This document shows, one piece after another, positions 1 through 9,400 of a stretch of DNA of 64,000 bases. Every line of letters begins with the position of its first letter. Position 1 is the first letter of the stretch. A program made the position numbers and the translations under genes. Source of the stretch: an uncultured virus (IMG/VR IMGVR_UViG_3300010429_001900) (taxonomy: Duplodnaviria; Heunggongvirae; Uroviricota; Caudoviricetes); the IMG/VR virus record IMGVR_UViG_3300010429_001900; one strand, 5' to 3'. Under the pieces are notes generated by a model. The model saw only the letters and a program-made list of their open reading frames with translations, searched no databases and was not told the origin of the DNA.

Positions 1-536
1 CCCAGCAGGCCGTAGTTGTTGGTCGTGGGTCGACCGCTCTCGAAGCGACTGATGTCGCCGCGGGTGGAGTGGTACATCACAAGCGGACGGCCCTTGTCGT
101 CGACCGCGTCGCTGTTGCCGAACCAGGCCCAGAAGTTCTTCAGGCCCTGCTTGGTGCCGGAGATCTTCTGGCCGGCGCTGTTGATGTTGCCGCCAGGCGC
201 GGTGTCGCCCCTGGAGCTGACCAGGCGCGCCGTCTCGACGGAGTCGTCGGTGCCGGCGAAGTCCTCCTGGAACATGTCGCCCTGCCTGGCGGCATTCGCC
301 TTGTCCTCGGCCGCTCGCTGGTGCTGTGTGGAGGCGTCCTTCGCCTGCGCCAACCCGGCCTCGGCGGCATCCAGCATCTGCTGCACCGCGTCCGCCTGCT
401 CGGAGATGGCCGACACGCCGGCGTCGTCGGGACGCAGGCCCTCGCCGCGCAGCTCGCGCGCGCGCAGCAGGATCTGCGACTTGTCTTCGGGGCGCAGGTG
501 CTCGCCGGCTTTGCGGATGCAGGTGGTCAGTGACAT
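1..536 (-). CDS. Second large polyvalent virion protein, 5' part (runs off the window); ADP-ribosyltransferase-like (ART-PolyVal-type) domain start
   Basis: Not in the ORF track because it has no stop in the window. ATG at 536 with a GAGGA RBS; reads MSLTTCIRKAGEHL...NFWAWFGNSDAVDDKGRPLVMYHSTRGD, matching the 'WFG.S.vVD..G.PLVmYH.T' motif of phage polyvalent ART domains. Confidence 0.75.
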   Translation of the reverse strand, partial: MSLTTCIRKAGEHLRPEDKSQILLRARELRGEGLRPDDAGVSAISEQADAVQQMLDAAEAGLAQAKDASTQHQRAAEDKANAARQGDMFQEDFAGTDDSVETARLVSSRGDTAPGGNINSAGQKISGTKQGLKNFWAWFGNSDAVDDKGRPLVMYHSTRGDISRFESGRPTTNNYGLL

Positions 537-549
537 GGTGCGATTGTCC

Positions 550-771
550 TCAATCGTCGAAGGCGCCGGCGGCTGCCAGGCCCATCAGCAGCGTGATAAA
601 GCTGCGGTTCTGCTGGTGGATGAAATGCTGTCGCTCGCCCTCGTCGCCGCCCGGATCGTACGAGCCGCGCGCCACCCACGGCGGGGTCGGCGCGCCGGCC
701 GAGTCGTCGTAGCTGAAATGCCAGCTGCCCGGGTTGAACGAGTGTGCGCTGAAGCTCTGCCGCGAGAACAT
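550..771 (-). CDS. Small hypothetical protein
   Basis: 73-aa ORF packed in the operon, 1 nt after the upstream stop. Confidence 0.7.
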   Translation of the reverse strand: MFSRQSFSAHSFNPGSWHFSYDDSAGAPTPPWVARGSYDPGGDEGERQHFIHQQNRSFITLLMGLAAAGAFDD

Positions 772-772
772 G

Positions 773-1309
773 CTAAGGCTGCGGCGGCACGCCGACGCCG
801 CGCCAGTCGTTGCCGATCGTGCCGTCGCCGATCACCTCGGCGCCGTTGATCTTCTGCGCGTCCACCGGGATCGTCGTCGCATTCAGCGCGGCCAGCACGG
901 CAGCGGCCACATCCTCGGCCGAAGCCCCGCCCCCGCCAGCGCTGTCGACCGCGATGGCCGCCACCGGCTGCTGGTAGTTGACGCGCACGCGGTACGCCCC
1001 GACGGTGTCTGCGAACGGGTCGCCCCCGCCGTCGACCAGCAGCACACCATCCCACACCCGCAGCGTGTGGTGCGCCTCCTGCGGACGGACCTTCCACCCG
1101 TTTTGCAGATAGGTGTAGACCGGGATACTGGTGCCTGCCGTCGGGTCGATGTCGTCGCCGCCCACCGAACGCATCGCCGGCAGGTACTTGCTGTTGTCCG
1201 ACACCGCCAGCCAGTCGGCCCAGCGCGACCACATATCGCGCACGCTCACGCTGACCGTCCCCGACGAGAGGACGATCAGCTTGTTCGGGCCGTCGAAGGT
1301 GTAGGCCAC
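773..1309 (-). CDS. Putative virion structural protein
   Basis: MAYTFDGPNKLI...DMWSRWADW...YLQNGWKVRP; phage-type beta-rich ORF in operon. Confidence 0.7.
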   Translation of the reverse strand: MAYTFDGPNKLIVLSSGTVSVSVRDMWSRWADWLAVSDNSKYLPAMRSVGGDDIDPTAGTSIPVYTYLQNGWKVRPQEAHHTLRVWDGVLLVDGGGDPFADTVGAYRVRVNYQQPVAAIAVDSAGGGGASAEDVAAAVLAALNATTIPVDAQKINGAEVIGDGTIGNDWRGVGVPPQP

Positions 1310-1312
1310 GGG

Positions 1313-2665
1313 TTACGGGTTGCTGTACCCGCGGTCTGCCTCGGCGACGAGTGCGAACACCAGGCCCTTCGACCGCGTGATCGTACCGGTGGCGACGACC
1401 GGCTTCGCGTACCCGGGGCGGCCCGCCACGATGACGACGGGCTTGTCGGTGCCCGCCGTGCCGCCGGCCGCGTCGTTGTCGTAGTCGAAGGTGAAACTCA
1501 CGCTGCCGCTGCTGATCGACCCCGCGATGGCCGCGTCGGCGTTGTCGAGCACGGTGATGGCGCTGGCCTCGCCGTAGTCGTCGCCTGCGCCCGGCCCGGT
1601 GGCGTAGTACATGCGGTAGTAGCTGCCCGCGCCCTGCAGCACGCTATTGAAGGTCATCGTGCCCGCCGAGACATAGGGGAACGACCGCTGCACATTGTTC
1701 TGGTCGAGGAACACGACGCGGTTGGTGTCGTTCGCGTCGAAGTTCTCGATGAACACGCCCTGCGTGGTGTAGAGCGTGTCGCCGACGAAGTACATCAACT
1801 GATCGGCGGTCTTGCCGGTCACGGTGCCTGCGCCCGAGTCGATGTCGCCCGACTGGCGCAGCAGGTATTGCGCCTTGGTGTAAATCTGCTCCAGCGTCGC
1901 GCCGTTGCCCTGGACGATCTTGCGGAACGGGTAGCTGCCGCCGCCGATCGTCTTGTTCTGGTTGGTGCCGAAGAACTCGACGGCGATGCCGCTGTACGGG
2001 GCCGACCCGATCGAGCCGTCCGCCACGGTGATCTTCAGGTCGGTCGCGACCGATATAGGCAGTTGCAACTTGAACGCGCCCGTGCCGGTTTCGCCCACGT
2101 CCGCGAGCACCGCGTCGTCGAAGGTGTAGCCGGCCGGCCGACAAAACAGCTTGAAGTACGTGCGGTTGTCAAAGTTGCCGTTGGCCGCGTCACCGTAGAC
2201 CTGCAGCGCCTCGTTCGGCGCGTCGGTGAAGGTCGCGTCGATCGCACTGCCGCCGCTGGCGCGCTGGTAGTAGAACTGCGCGCCGGCAGGGAAGCCCGAG
2301 GCCAGCGCGACCAGGCCGACGTACTGGCGCAGCAGCGCGCCCGCGGCGCTGTACTCGCTCCAGCCGGCGTCGCGGATCATCTGCCGCGTCGCGTCGTTCG
2401 CGGGCTTCCAGCCGTTGTACGTCTGCCCGTCGGTGCCGAGCTGAAACTGGCCCGAGCGCACGTCGATCGCGTACATCGGAAACGGGTACTTGTTGTATGT
2501 CGAAGTCGTCCACAATTCGACGAACTTCGAGTACAGCGCCTGCAACGATACGCCGTCCTTCGCGACCAGCGACCCCGCCGCGGTCAGCGTGAAAGTCTTT
2601 GCGGACGTGTCGAGGGCGAGGTTGGTGCCTACGACGAGGCCATCGGGGTCGACGATCTTTGCCAT
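1313..2665 (-). CDS. Putative virion appendage/structural protein
   Basis: 450 aa, G/T/S/A-rich, GGAG RBS, C-terminus ADRGYSNP. Confidence 0.75.
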   Translation of the reverse strand: MAKIVDPDGLVVGTNLALDTSAKTFTLTAAGSLVAKDGVSLQALYSKFVELWTTSTYNKYPFPMYAIDVRSGQFQLGTDGQTYNGWKPANDATRQMIRDAGWSEYSAAGALLRQYVGLVALASGFPAGAQFYYQRASGGSAIDATFTDAPNEALQVYGDAANGNFDNRTYFKLFCRPAGYTFDDAVLADVGETGTGAFKLQLPISVATDLKITVADGSIGSAPYSGIAVEFFGTNQNKTIGGGSYPFRKIVQGNGATLEQIYTKAQYLLRQSGDIDSGAGTVTGKTADQLMYFVGDTLYTTQGVFIENFDANDTNRVVFLDQNNVQRSFPYVSAGTMTFNSVLQGAGSYYRMYYATGPGAGDDYGEASAITVLDNADAAIAGSISSGSVSFTFDYDNDAAGGTAGTDKPVVIVAGRPGYAKPVVATGTITRSKGLVFALVAEADRGYSNP

Positions 2666-2677
2666 GCGGCTGCTCCC

Positions 2678-4918
2678 TTATGGGTTTGAGTAGTTGCGGT
2701 CGGCGACCTGCGCGATCGGCAGGGTCGCGTCGGATGTCGTCAAGGTGAACCCGCGCACGAAGAACGGCACGTAGCCTGCCTTGAAGACGCAGATGTCCAC
2801 GTTGCCCGTCGCCGTGTAGCTGAAGCCGTAGCTGGTCGCGCCGTGCGCGTCGACGTTGACCCGCTCGGTCGTCGTGCCGGCGTCGAGGATCACGATGTCC
2901 GAGCCGGTCTGCAGGCCGGTCAAAGTCAGCGTCGCGCCGCTGTTCACCGTGGTCGAGGCCCCGGCGCCGTTGCGCACGGTCGGCGTGCTGCCGCCCCCGG
3001 TGATGTTCAACGTAACGGCGCCGCCGCTGTTGTTGTAGATCGCCGCGTCGGTGCTGCCGGCCGAACCGTAACCGCTGAAGGTGTTGCCGCTGAAGCTATA
3101 GGTGCCTGGCGTCGTGATTTCGATGGCATGGCCGGCGTTGCCCTGCGTGAAGCTGCACCCGCTGATGAGGTTCGGCGCCGCGGTTTTCAGCGCCACGGTG
3201 TCGAGACAGCCGCTGATGGCGCATCCGGTGAACGTGCCGCCGTTGGCGGTGATCTGGTAGCAGCCGGCGAAGTTGGCGCCGTTGCAGGTGACGCCCGACT
3301 GCCAGGTGACCGCCAGGCCGACGAAGGTCGCGCCGTCGAAGTTGTAGGCTGCGCTGGTGGACGACGAGGCGTGAATCTCGAAGGTCTGCTTCGAGCCGCT
3401 GCGGATCGTGCCCGATGAAAAATCCATCGTGTCGGAAGCCGACGCGCGCACGACGATCTTCAAGCCGAGCGGCGGCACGTTCCAGAAGCGTTGCGCGCCC
3501 GCCGCCAAGTAGTCGCCGGGGATTTCGATGGACGAACCGCGGGCTCGGTAGTACGTCGCCAGCGAGCCGTCGCCGATCTGCAGTGGTACGCGCGTCAGTA
3601 CCTGCCGCTCGCCTTGCAAGTCGATCACGTAGTTCAGGCCGCAGCCGTTGAACGGGGCGCCGATGACGCCAGCAGTGACCGGGGCCGCGCTGGACCCGCC
3701 GACGAACGTGGCCGCGGACACGGCCATGATGCGCTTGACGTTGAACGTCTTACCGGATGTCCCGGTTGCCGTGGTGCGGTGATACGCGACGCCTACCTTG
3801 GTGACGGCACCCCAATTTATCGAACCGGACGAATCTAGCGGTGTCGCCGAGTCAACCTTGAGAATCGTGTTGTAGATGACGCCGGCCGCCAACTGAGCCG
3901 CAGTCAAGAGCCTGAAGGCGGCCCAGTTTGTGCCGTCCGAAAAAACGACGACGAAACCCTCGGCACCGTAGAGGCTGGCGCTGCTGAAGTTGCCCCACAA
4001 AATCGAAACCAGTTTGCCGCTCAGGTTCGCGCTGCTCGCCAGTGTGAAGGCGACTCCCATCCAGTCGTCTGTGACGCTCGCCGAACTCGTGTACGTCTCA
4101 AAATAGCCGTTGCGCGAATAGTTGTGCCCGGACTCACCTGGCGTCGTGCCCAAGCCCGTCGTGTTGACTGTCTTGCCGCCGATCGTGGCCGCGATAGCGG
4201 ACAGCGACGCCGTTGTCAGGTTCGTGTCGGTGCCGGCGCCTGACAACAAGGCCAGCACTTCGGCACACTGCGTCATCGCCTGCCCGCGCCCGCCGCCGGT
4301 CGCATTCTTGACGGCGATAGCCCACGCGTTACCGCCGTCGTTGATGTTGTTGTCCGCGTTTTGCGATGGCACGGCACCGGCAGCGTGCTGCTGGAAATAC
4401 CCGGCCATGTGCGTACAGGTGGATGTGGTTTCGTCGCTGTCGGTGATGATGATCTTGTCCGGCGACGTGACGCAAAAGCTGGCCGCGCCGTCGAAGGACC
4501 ACGAGTACAGGATCAGGCAGTTGTCGATGGTCGTTGTCAGCGACGGCGACGACTGCGTGCCGGATGTCGTGTCGTTGCGCGCCGAGGCGTGGATTGCGTT
4601 GGCGACCGTGCTGCTGGTGTCGGCGTCCGGCACCACGTACAGGGTCATCACCATCTCGTCGCTGATGGTGGACGATGCGGTCGGGTCTGTTTCCGAGGAC
4701 GATGCGGCGATCTTGCCGAACCAGCCGCTCTTGACGCCGGCCGACGCGGCGTGCGTGCCGATGGCCGTCCAGCCGCTGATCGTGATCGTGCCGGTGCCGC
4801 CGTCCTGCGTCACCAGCGCCAGCAGAAGATCGCCGCTCTTGTGAGCAGGCAACGGCACAGACAGCGACGTGGCCGCGCCGTCCGTGTAGCCGGTAGCACT
4901 GCCCGAAAGGTAGGCCAA
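2678..4918 (-). CDS. Tail fibre/spike-like protein with beta-helix segment
   Basis: 746 aa, S/T/G-rich; repeats such as FTGCAISGC, ISGCSF, FSGNTFSGY; C-terminus ADRNYSNP. Confidence 0.7.
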   Translation of the reverse strand: MAYLSGSATGYTDGAATSLSVPLPAHKSGDLLLALVTQDGGTGTITISGWTAIGTHAASAGVKSGWFGKIAASSSETDPTASSTISDEMVMTLYVVPDADTSSTVANAIHASARNDTTSGTQSSPSLTTTIDNCLILYSWSFDGAASFCVTSPDKIIITDSDETTSTCTHMAGYFQQHAAGAVPSQNADNNINDGGNAWAIAVKNATGGGRGQAMTQCAEVLALLSGAGTDTNLTTASLSAIAATIGGKTVNTTGLGTTPGESGHNYSRNGYFETYTSSASVTDDWMGVAFTLASSANLSGKLVSILWGNFSSASLYGAEGFVVVFSDGTNWAAFRLLTAAQLAAGVIYNTILKVDSATPLDSSGSINWGAVTKVGVAYHRTTATGTSGKTFNVKRIMAVSAATFVGGSSAAPVTAGVIGAPFNGCGLNYVIDLQGERQVLTRVPLQIGDGSLATYYRARGSSIEIPGDYLAAGAQRFWNVPPLGLKIVVRASASDTMDFSSGTIRSGSKQTFEIHASSSTSAAYNFDGATFVGLAVTWQSGVTCNGANFAGCYQITANGGTFTGCAISGCLDTVALKTAAPNLISGCSFTQGNAGHAIEITTPGTYSFSGNTFSGYGSAGSTDAAIYNNSGGAVTLNITGGGSTPTVRNGAGASTTVNSGATLTLTGLQTGSDIVILDAGTTTERVNVDAHGATSYGFSYTATGNVDICVFKAGYVPFFVRGFTLTTSDATLPIAQVADRNYSNP

Positions 4919-4921
4919 GGT

Positions 4922-5257
4922 CTACCCCTGAACCACCGTGGCCGTGCCGACCTCGCCCGTCTGCTGGATCAGGGACGCCACGGCGGCCTCGATGGCGCCG
5001 AGGGCCTGCGCCAGCACGAAGTCGCCTTGCCCTGCGCGGACCAGCGCCTCGACGAACGCATCGTCGATCTGCAGCACTTTCTGCGCCGGCTCGAAGTGCT
5101 TGTGCCCGTCCTCGTCGCGGCCGAACAGCTTGTAGACGATGCGCACCTGCGCCTTCGCGATGTCTTCCTCGGTGATGATGATCCGCATCTCGCTGACGTG
5201 GACCTCGTTGATGGCGACGGCCGGCTTGGTTTCGTACTGGCTGATCTGGATGGGCAT
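4922..5257 (-). CDS. Hypothetical protein
   Basis: 111 aa, strong codon bias, operonic. Confidence 0.75.
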   Translation of the reverse strand: MPIQISQYETKPAVAINEVHVSEMRIIITEEDIAKAQVRIVYKLFGRDEDGHKHFEPAQKVLQIDDAFVEALVRAGQGDFVLAQALGAIEAAVASLIQQTGEVGTATVVQG

Positions 5258-5260
5258 GGT

Positions 5261-5968
5261 CTAGCCTCGAATGTGTGCGTGGTGCTCGGCGTGCATCCAA
5301 GTGCCGTGCGGCAGGTAGAGGAAACGCTGCAGCATGCTCGGCTGCACCGATGGCTTCGTGAGCCCTGGCGCGTTCAGGTGGTCGTGCTCGGTGCGGGCCC
5401 GCAGCCGTTGCGCCGCAGCGAAGCCGGTCGGAAGGGCGGCCAGCCACAGCGCCACGGGCAGGATGCCCGCCGTGAGCGCCACGACGGCCAGCAGCGCGCC
5501 CATGATGGACAGCGAGCGCAGCGTGGCGACCGACCGGACGATCCACGCCACCTCGTCGGCGTGCGGCCCGAACAGGTCGAGCCACGTATCCCGTGCGCGC
5601 GGCGCGCGCCACCGCTCTGCGAACCGCGTCGCAAGCTCGACCTCGACATCGGTCGCCGGGTCGGAAATCGCCCGGTGGTGCGCCAGGTGCAGACTGCGAT
5701 ACCGACGCAGATCGCCGCCCATCGGCGCGAACGCAAGCCACGCGAGCGCTTCGCTGCCGCGCCCGCAGAGCCGGTGCGATGCCATGTGCCCGATGACGGC
5801 CAGCGCGTGCTGCCGAGTGCCGATCAGCCACGCCGCAGGCAACGCCAGCCACAGCGACCAGTGCGCCGCGAGCACTGCCGCCACAATCAGCGCCCACTCG
5901 GACGCGAATCGCAGCCATGGGGCGCTCAAGGTGGCTGCCGAGCGGTAATGGCTGATCGAGATGGTCAT
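5261..5968 (-). CDS. Membrane fatty-acid desaturase-family protein
   Basis: Three His boxes (HMASH, HLAHH, HAEHH) separated by hydrophobic segments. Confidence 0.8.
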   Translation of the reverse strand: MTISISHYRSAATLSAPWLRFASEWALIVAAVLAAHWSLWLALPAAWLIGTRQHALAVIGHMASHRLCGRGSEALAWLAFAPMGGDLRRYRSLHLAHHRAISDPATDVEVELATRFAERWRAPRARDTWLDLFGPHADEVAWIVRSVATLRSLSIMGALLAVVALTAGILPVALWLAALPTGFAAAQRLRARTEHDHLNAPGLTKPSVQPSMLQRFLYLPHGTWMHAEHHAHIRG

Positions 5969-5974
5969 GCTGGC

Positions 5975-6412
5975 TCAACCTTGTTTCGGCACGGACCGGA
6001 TGCGCGCGCTGGTGATCCGGCCGAGGTTGTCGTAGTTCACGTTGTTGATCTCGAACTCGCGAGGCGGCGCGGACTCGGGCGGCTGCACCGTGATGTGGTT
6101 GTGGTTCTCGATCGGCGTGGGCTGCACGTCGATGCGGTTCTCCACCAGGGTCTGCGGCACGTCGACCTTGTTCGTGACGTGCACCTGCGGCGCCTCCAGG
6201 CGCAGCTCGCGCAGTGCCGCGACGATGGCTGCAGGCCCGCCGCTCGCGTGCTCCTGCAGCGCCGCAACCAGCTCGCTCAGCGACGCGGCCACCTCCTCGG
6301 TGGCGTCCTTCTTCTGCCGCAACAGGTCCAGTGCATCCGCCAGGGCCGCGCTGACTTCCGCCAGCAGCAGCTCCAGGGGTTGCGAGTTGGATTCCGCCGT
6401 CATCCCATGCAC
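5975..6412 (-). CDS. Hypothetical protein
   Basis: 145 aa; helical N-terminus, then V.N.(I/V).V.P repeats; overlaps the end of the giant gene. Confidence 0.7.
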   Translation of the reverse strand: MHGMTAESNSQPLELLLAEVSAALADALDLLRQKKDATEEVAASLSELVAALQEHASGGPAAIVAALRELRLEAPQVHVTNKVDVPQTLVENRIDVQPTPIENHNHITVQPPESAPPREFEINNVNYDNLGRITSARIRSVPKQG

Positions 6413-9400
6413 TTCTTCAGCGAGTTGAGGACCGAGAGGCGCTTGCGCAGCTCGACGACCCGGTCCTGCGCGGCCTGCTCGTCTTGCAGCAGGGCCTGCA
6501 GTGCCGTGTCATCGGCAGGATTGTACGGAGCAACCGTTTGTGGCTCAACCACAGATTTCTGCGACTCCGGGCGCGCCGATTCGGCCGGCGCGGCATCGCC
6601 GACGCGGCCCTCGGTCCAGGTCCACTCCGGCATCAGGCCGGCCTTCTGGTCGGCGAAGACGGTGTCATCGGTGCGCGCGTTGCGGTTGGCCTCGCCGTGC
6701 GGCCCGTAGTTCAGCCAGCTGTTTTGCCCGCGGGTCTCGCTGGTGATGGCGCCGACAGCGTCGCCGGTGAACAGCCTGACGTGCGCCTGCCAGGCGTTCT
6801 CCTCGCCCTGAGCGCGAAACCCGCAGCCCTCCAGGCCGTGGCCGAAGGCGTCGTGCGCGGCGCGGAACAGGTCGTTGGCCAGCACGGGCGCCTGCTCCCC
6901 GTCGAGTCCGCCGACCGGCCAGGTCAGGCCGGTGTCCGAGAGCAGCGGGTTGCCGTCGGGGTCGAAGGCGGCATTGCTGCCGAAGCCCTCGTTGGTCGGG
7001 AACACACCCATCGAGCGGCTGGCGCGGATGTCGCGCATCGCATTCCATGGCGACGTGGCGTACTCGGCGTTCTCGGGGCGCTTCAGGTCGATGAACCAGA
7101 AGCGGTAGCCGGCCGCCACCAGCGCGTCGTACTGTGCGCGCGTCTGGCGGATCAGGTCGGCATACGCAGCCTTCACGCGCGGGTCTTGCGGCGCGTGCTC
7201 CATGGCCCCGTAGGCGGCGGCGATGCGGCTGGCGCGGCCTTCGTCGATCTCGGCGTAGGCATCCTGGCGCTTCAGGTCGATGCCGTTGTCGCGGGCGTAC
7301 TCCTCGGCGACGGCGACCAGCCGCGGGTCCGGCCCATGGAAGCCCGGCACGCGCGGCGCGCCAGGCAGAGGCGTCAGCGCTTCAGCATCTGCGCGTTCTG
7401 GTGACGCCAGCGCGCGATCCGCAGCGGCCCCGTCTCCGGCTCCTCGGCTTCGCGTCGCAGAGGCTCGGGCACCTCCGCCCACAGCTCCGCCGTCATCGTC
7501 GGGACTCCGTCCGGGTAGTTCATCGCCAGGTACGTCTCCAGGTTCAGAGGCATCCCCCTCTTCAGCATAAACTCCAGGGTCGCGTCCTGCCCAGCTAGGG
7601 GCGTCAATTCCGCCTCCAAGCTGGAGGGCCTGGTCTCTTGCGTCTTCATAGCTCAGTCGTCCTTTGCGGTACTTGTACCAGATTGCGTCGACGGCGTCGA
7701 CATTCTTCTGCTGCGGCTTGAAGCCCGGCACGAACAGCCCGCGCACAGCCTCCCAGGTGATCGACTGCAGCTCGCGCGGCAGCAGGCCCCGCTCGGCGGC
7801 CGCGCGGCGGTAGGCCTCCTCGTACAGCGCGTAGCTTCCTTCCAGCCCGGCGTGGGCGCTCTTCGGCCCACTGAAGTTGTGCATCACCTCGACCGAGTTG
7901 CCGGACAGCGCGCGCAGCAGCGCCGCGGCCACGGCGTGCGTGTCGATGGTGACGTGCCCGTTCGGGCTGTTCGGCACCAGGATGTTGTTGTAGAAGTTGC
8001 GGACCTTGTGCTTGCGGCCGAGCTGCTCGTTGATGTTCGCGAACGACCCGTCGCGGAAGATCGAGACGGCCTTCGCGATCGTCCCGTTCCCGCCCCAGGC
8101 CGGCTTGGCCAGTTCGCCCTTGATGGTGCGCGCCTCAGCCACAAGATCGCCCTCCGGCGACACGATCATGAAGCTGCGCGGGTTGTGGGCCTCGTCGTAC
8201 ACGCGCAGCCACATGGCGCGCTCGTAGTCCAGCTCAAGCTCGCCCAGCGACTTGCCCTTGATGGAATCGATGGCAACCTTGTAGACGGGCTTGCCGAAGA
8301 TCCGGTCGGCGGTCTCGGCCATCTGCCCGGACCAGCGGAAGGTCTGTCGCTCGGCCATGATCTGCGCCACGCGATCGGCCAGGCTCACGTTCATGAACCA
8401 GTCCTTCTGCGGGCTCAGTGAGGCCAGGATGCCGGCTGCCTGGGACGGCTCGATGCCGTACTTGCGCGACATCGTCTCGGCGATCTTGCGGGCGCCGTCG
8501 TACCACAGCTTGCTGCGCGCTCGGATCTCTTCCGGCACCTGGTCGTGCAGCCACACCAGGTTGTCGGTCATGAAGCGGACCTGACGCTCCAGCTGGCGCT
8601 CCGGCGTGGTCGCGCTTTTCGCCTCGCGGTAGCCTGGGTACTGCGTGACCAGGTCGGCCACCGCGGACATCCAGCCCTCCTGGCCGAGGCCAGCACTGAA
8701 GTCGGCGATCAGCAGGTTCTCGATCGAATCCTCGGGGGTGAACCCCTTCTTCGGCTTGGCCGACGGCGCGCGCGTGCTGACCTCCATCGGGTCGACGCGC
8801 TCCAGGTTGCGCTCGCCGCTGAAGCGCGTGGACGATCCGATGCGCTCCAGCTCGGCGTTGGCCTGCTCCTGGGCCTCGGCCGGCACCACCAGCGTGCCCG
8901 CGCGCAGCGTCGCGCCCGGGATGTTCGCCAGGTCGATGTCGCGCATCTCCCGCGACATCAGGGCCTTGCGCAGCTCGGCGGGCTCGGGCGCGGGCGCAGC
9001 GTCACTGTCCACCGGCACGTCCGAATGCTTCTTGCCCACCAGCACCGCGAAGCCCTGCGGCATCGCCGGGTCCAGGCTGAGGTAGCCATCGAAGCCGGCC
9101 TTCATCAGGGCCCGCTCCCAGTTGTTGGCGCCCGGGTTGGCCTTGCGCAGCCCCAGCGGGTCGGACCAGACGTCGTACAGGTTGTTCAGCTGGACGCGGT
9201 GCGCGTAGCCGCCCACGCCGGCCTCGGGGCGAATGCCGCTGCCCTTGTCGACGTAGAAGAAGATGCGCGGCCGGATGTCGGCGTTCTCGGCGCCTTCGAG
9301 GCGGGCCCGCTCGGCGCCCTTCAGTCCGGTGCCGTAGTGGGCGGAGCTGAGGGTGTCTCGGGCGGCGGTTCCGTAGTGGACACCGGTCGCAGATACGGAG

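Noticed and set aside
6400..6598. Fourth nested ORF after the last domain
   Set aside because: Alternative frame is not protein-like; the local composition is explained by the internal promoter
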